Made by a program: the position numbers and the translations under genes. A stretch of DNA of 64,000 bases from the NCBI RefSeq assembly GCF_018350175.1, contig NC_058382.1, forward strand, positions 51,276,001-51,340,000, given 5' to 3'. This document shows positions 63,380 through 64,000 of the stretch, piece after piece (the first letter of the stretch is position 1; every line of letters begins with the position of its first letter). Origin of the DNA: Felis catus (taxonomy: Eukaryota). The notes below the pieces were generated by a model. The model searched no databases. It saw only the letters and a list, made by a program, of their open reading frames with translations, and was not told the origin of the DNA.

Positions 63380-63565
63380 CTCACTCCAGGAAGAGACAAC
63401 CCACTGCAGCCGGTTGTTTTTGGGGCATCGTCCTAAGACACAGCCCTCCTGTGACTCTGGCCTCGGGGCGCTGGAGCACAGGTTCTCTGGGAGATCCTCT
63501 GCCGTCGGGGGGCTTTTGCACAGGATTTCGCGTTTCCTCACCCCTCGCCCGCAGGTCTTGGAACA
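63380..63565 (-). CDS. ADAMTS18: ADAMTS18 internal exon (4th from last), TSP1 repeat: CSKTCGRGVRKREILCKSPPTAEDLPENLCSSAPRPESQEGCVLGRCPKNNRLQWVVSSWSE
   Basis: Acceptor TCTAG (AG 63567-63566), donor GAG|GTAGG (GT 63379-63378), 186 nt, phase 0-0. CSxTCG/RxRxxxC/WxxxxW TSR motifs; peptide recognised as ADAMTS18. Upstream exons lie beyond the window. Confidence 0.95.
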
Positions 63566-64000
63566 CTAGAGGTGGAAAAACAAAGCTTATTTGCATGCTG
63601 GTTGCAAATGATTTTCTTCCAGGTGAATGCGGAGAACCTACTAGTGAAGTATTTGCAAACCTATTTTGAAGCTTTAGAACCAAACGCCCAGTGAAGGCCC
63701 TTGCAGCCAGCAGGAGGGATCTTTCCTCCGTGCAGAGGCCTTACATGCAGGTTGGCAATCGTTGTCAACATTCTCAATGCCCAGTAGCTGCTGGTCGCCC
63801 GGGTCCGGAGACGAGGTGTTCTCTTCACAGCACACGTGGCCACTTGGAGAATGGTATGTGGCCTGTTCCTTGGTAGAACCGTGGTCCTGTCTGGCACAAG
63901 GCAGAATTGGTCTGGGCACCTGGCTACGGAGGATTATTGTGCTTCTGCTGAGAAGCATCATAGATATATGCGTACACATCTAATAGCAACCGACTGTGAC

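Noticed and set aside
63600..64000. Possible further ADAMTS18 exon at the window end
   Set aside because: No TSR motifs in the listed minus-strand ORFs; treated as intron.
1..64000. CRISPR arrays, tRNA/rRNA/snRNA genes, prokaryotic systems
   Set aside because: None seen. tRNA-like A/B boxes all belong to SINE heads, and no regularly spaced repeat-spacer structure exists.

Overview
Mammalian (felid, cat-like) genomic DNA, identified by about 30 tRNA-derived Can-SINEs (including young SINEC_Fc-type copies) and carnivore/eutherian L1s. The only protein-coding sequence I can support is the 3' end of ADAMTS18 on the minus strand. It has four exons (63565-63380, 61425-61213, 58457-58310, 52903-52788) with canonical GT-AG boundaries that join in frame, encode thrombospondin type-1 repeats and the terminal PLAC domain, and are followed by a ~1.8 kb 3'UTR. 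The first ~51 kb is intergenic and dense in SINE, L1, L2, MIR, LTR and hAT fossils; the other listed ORFs are repeat-derived or spurious. I found no convincing novel biological system. The best second-look items are a TSD-bounded L1 with a probable 3' transduction, an ~80 bp polyadenylated retro-insert inside an old L1, two miR-29 sites in the ADAMTS18 3'UTR (one with extended pairing), a composite M-box/CRE element, and two CpG-rich promoter-like patches. Repeat family names and boundaries are assigned by eye from remembered consensus sequences and are approximate.
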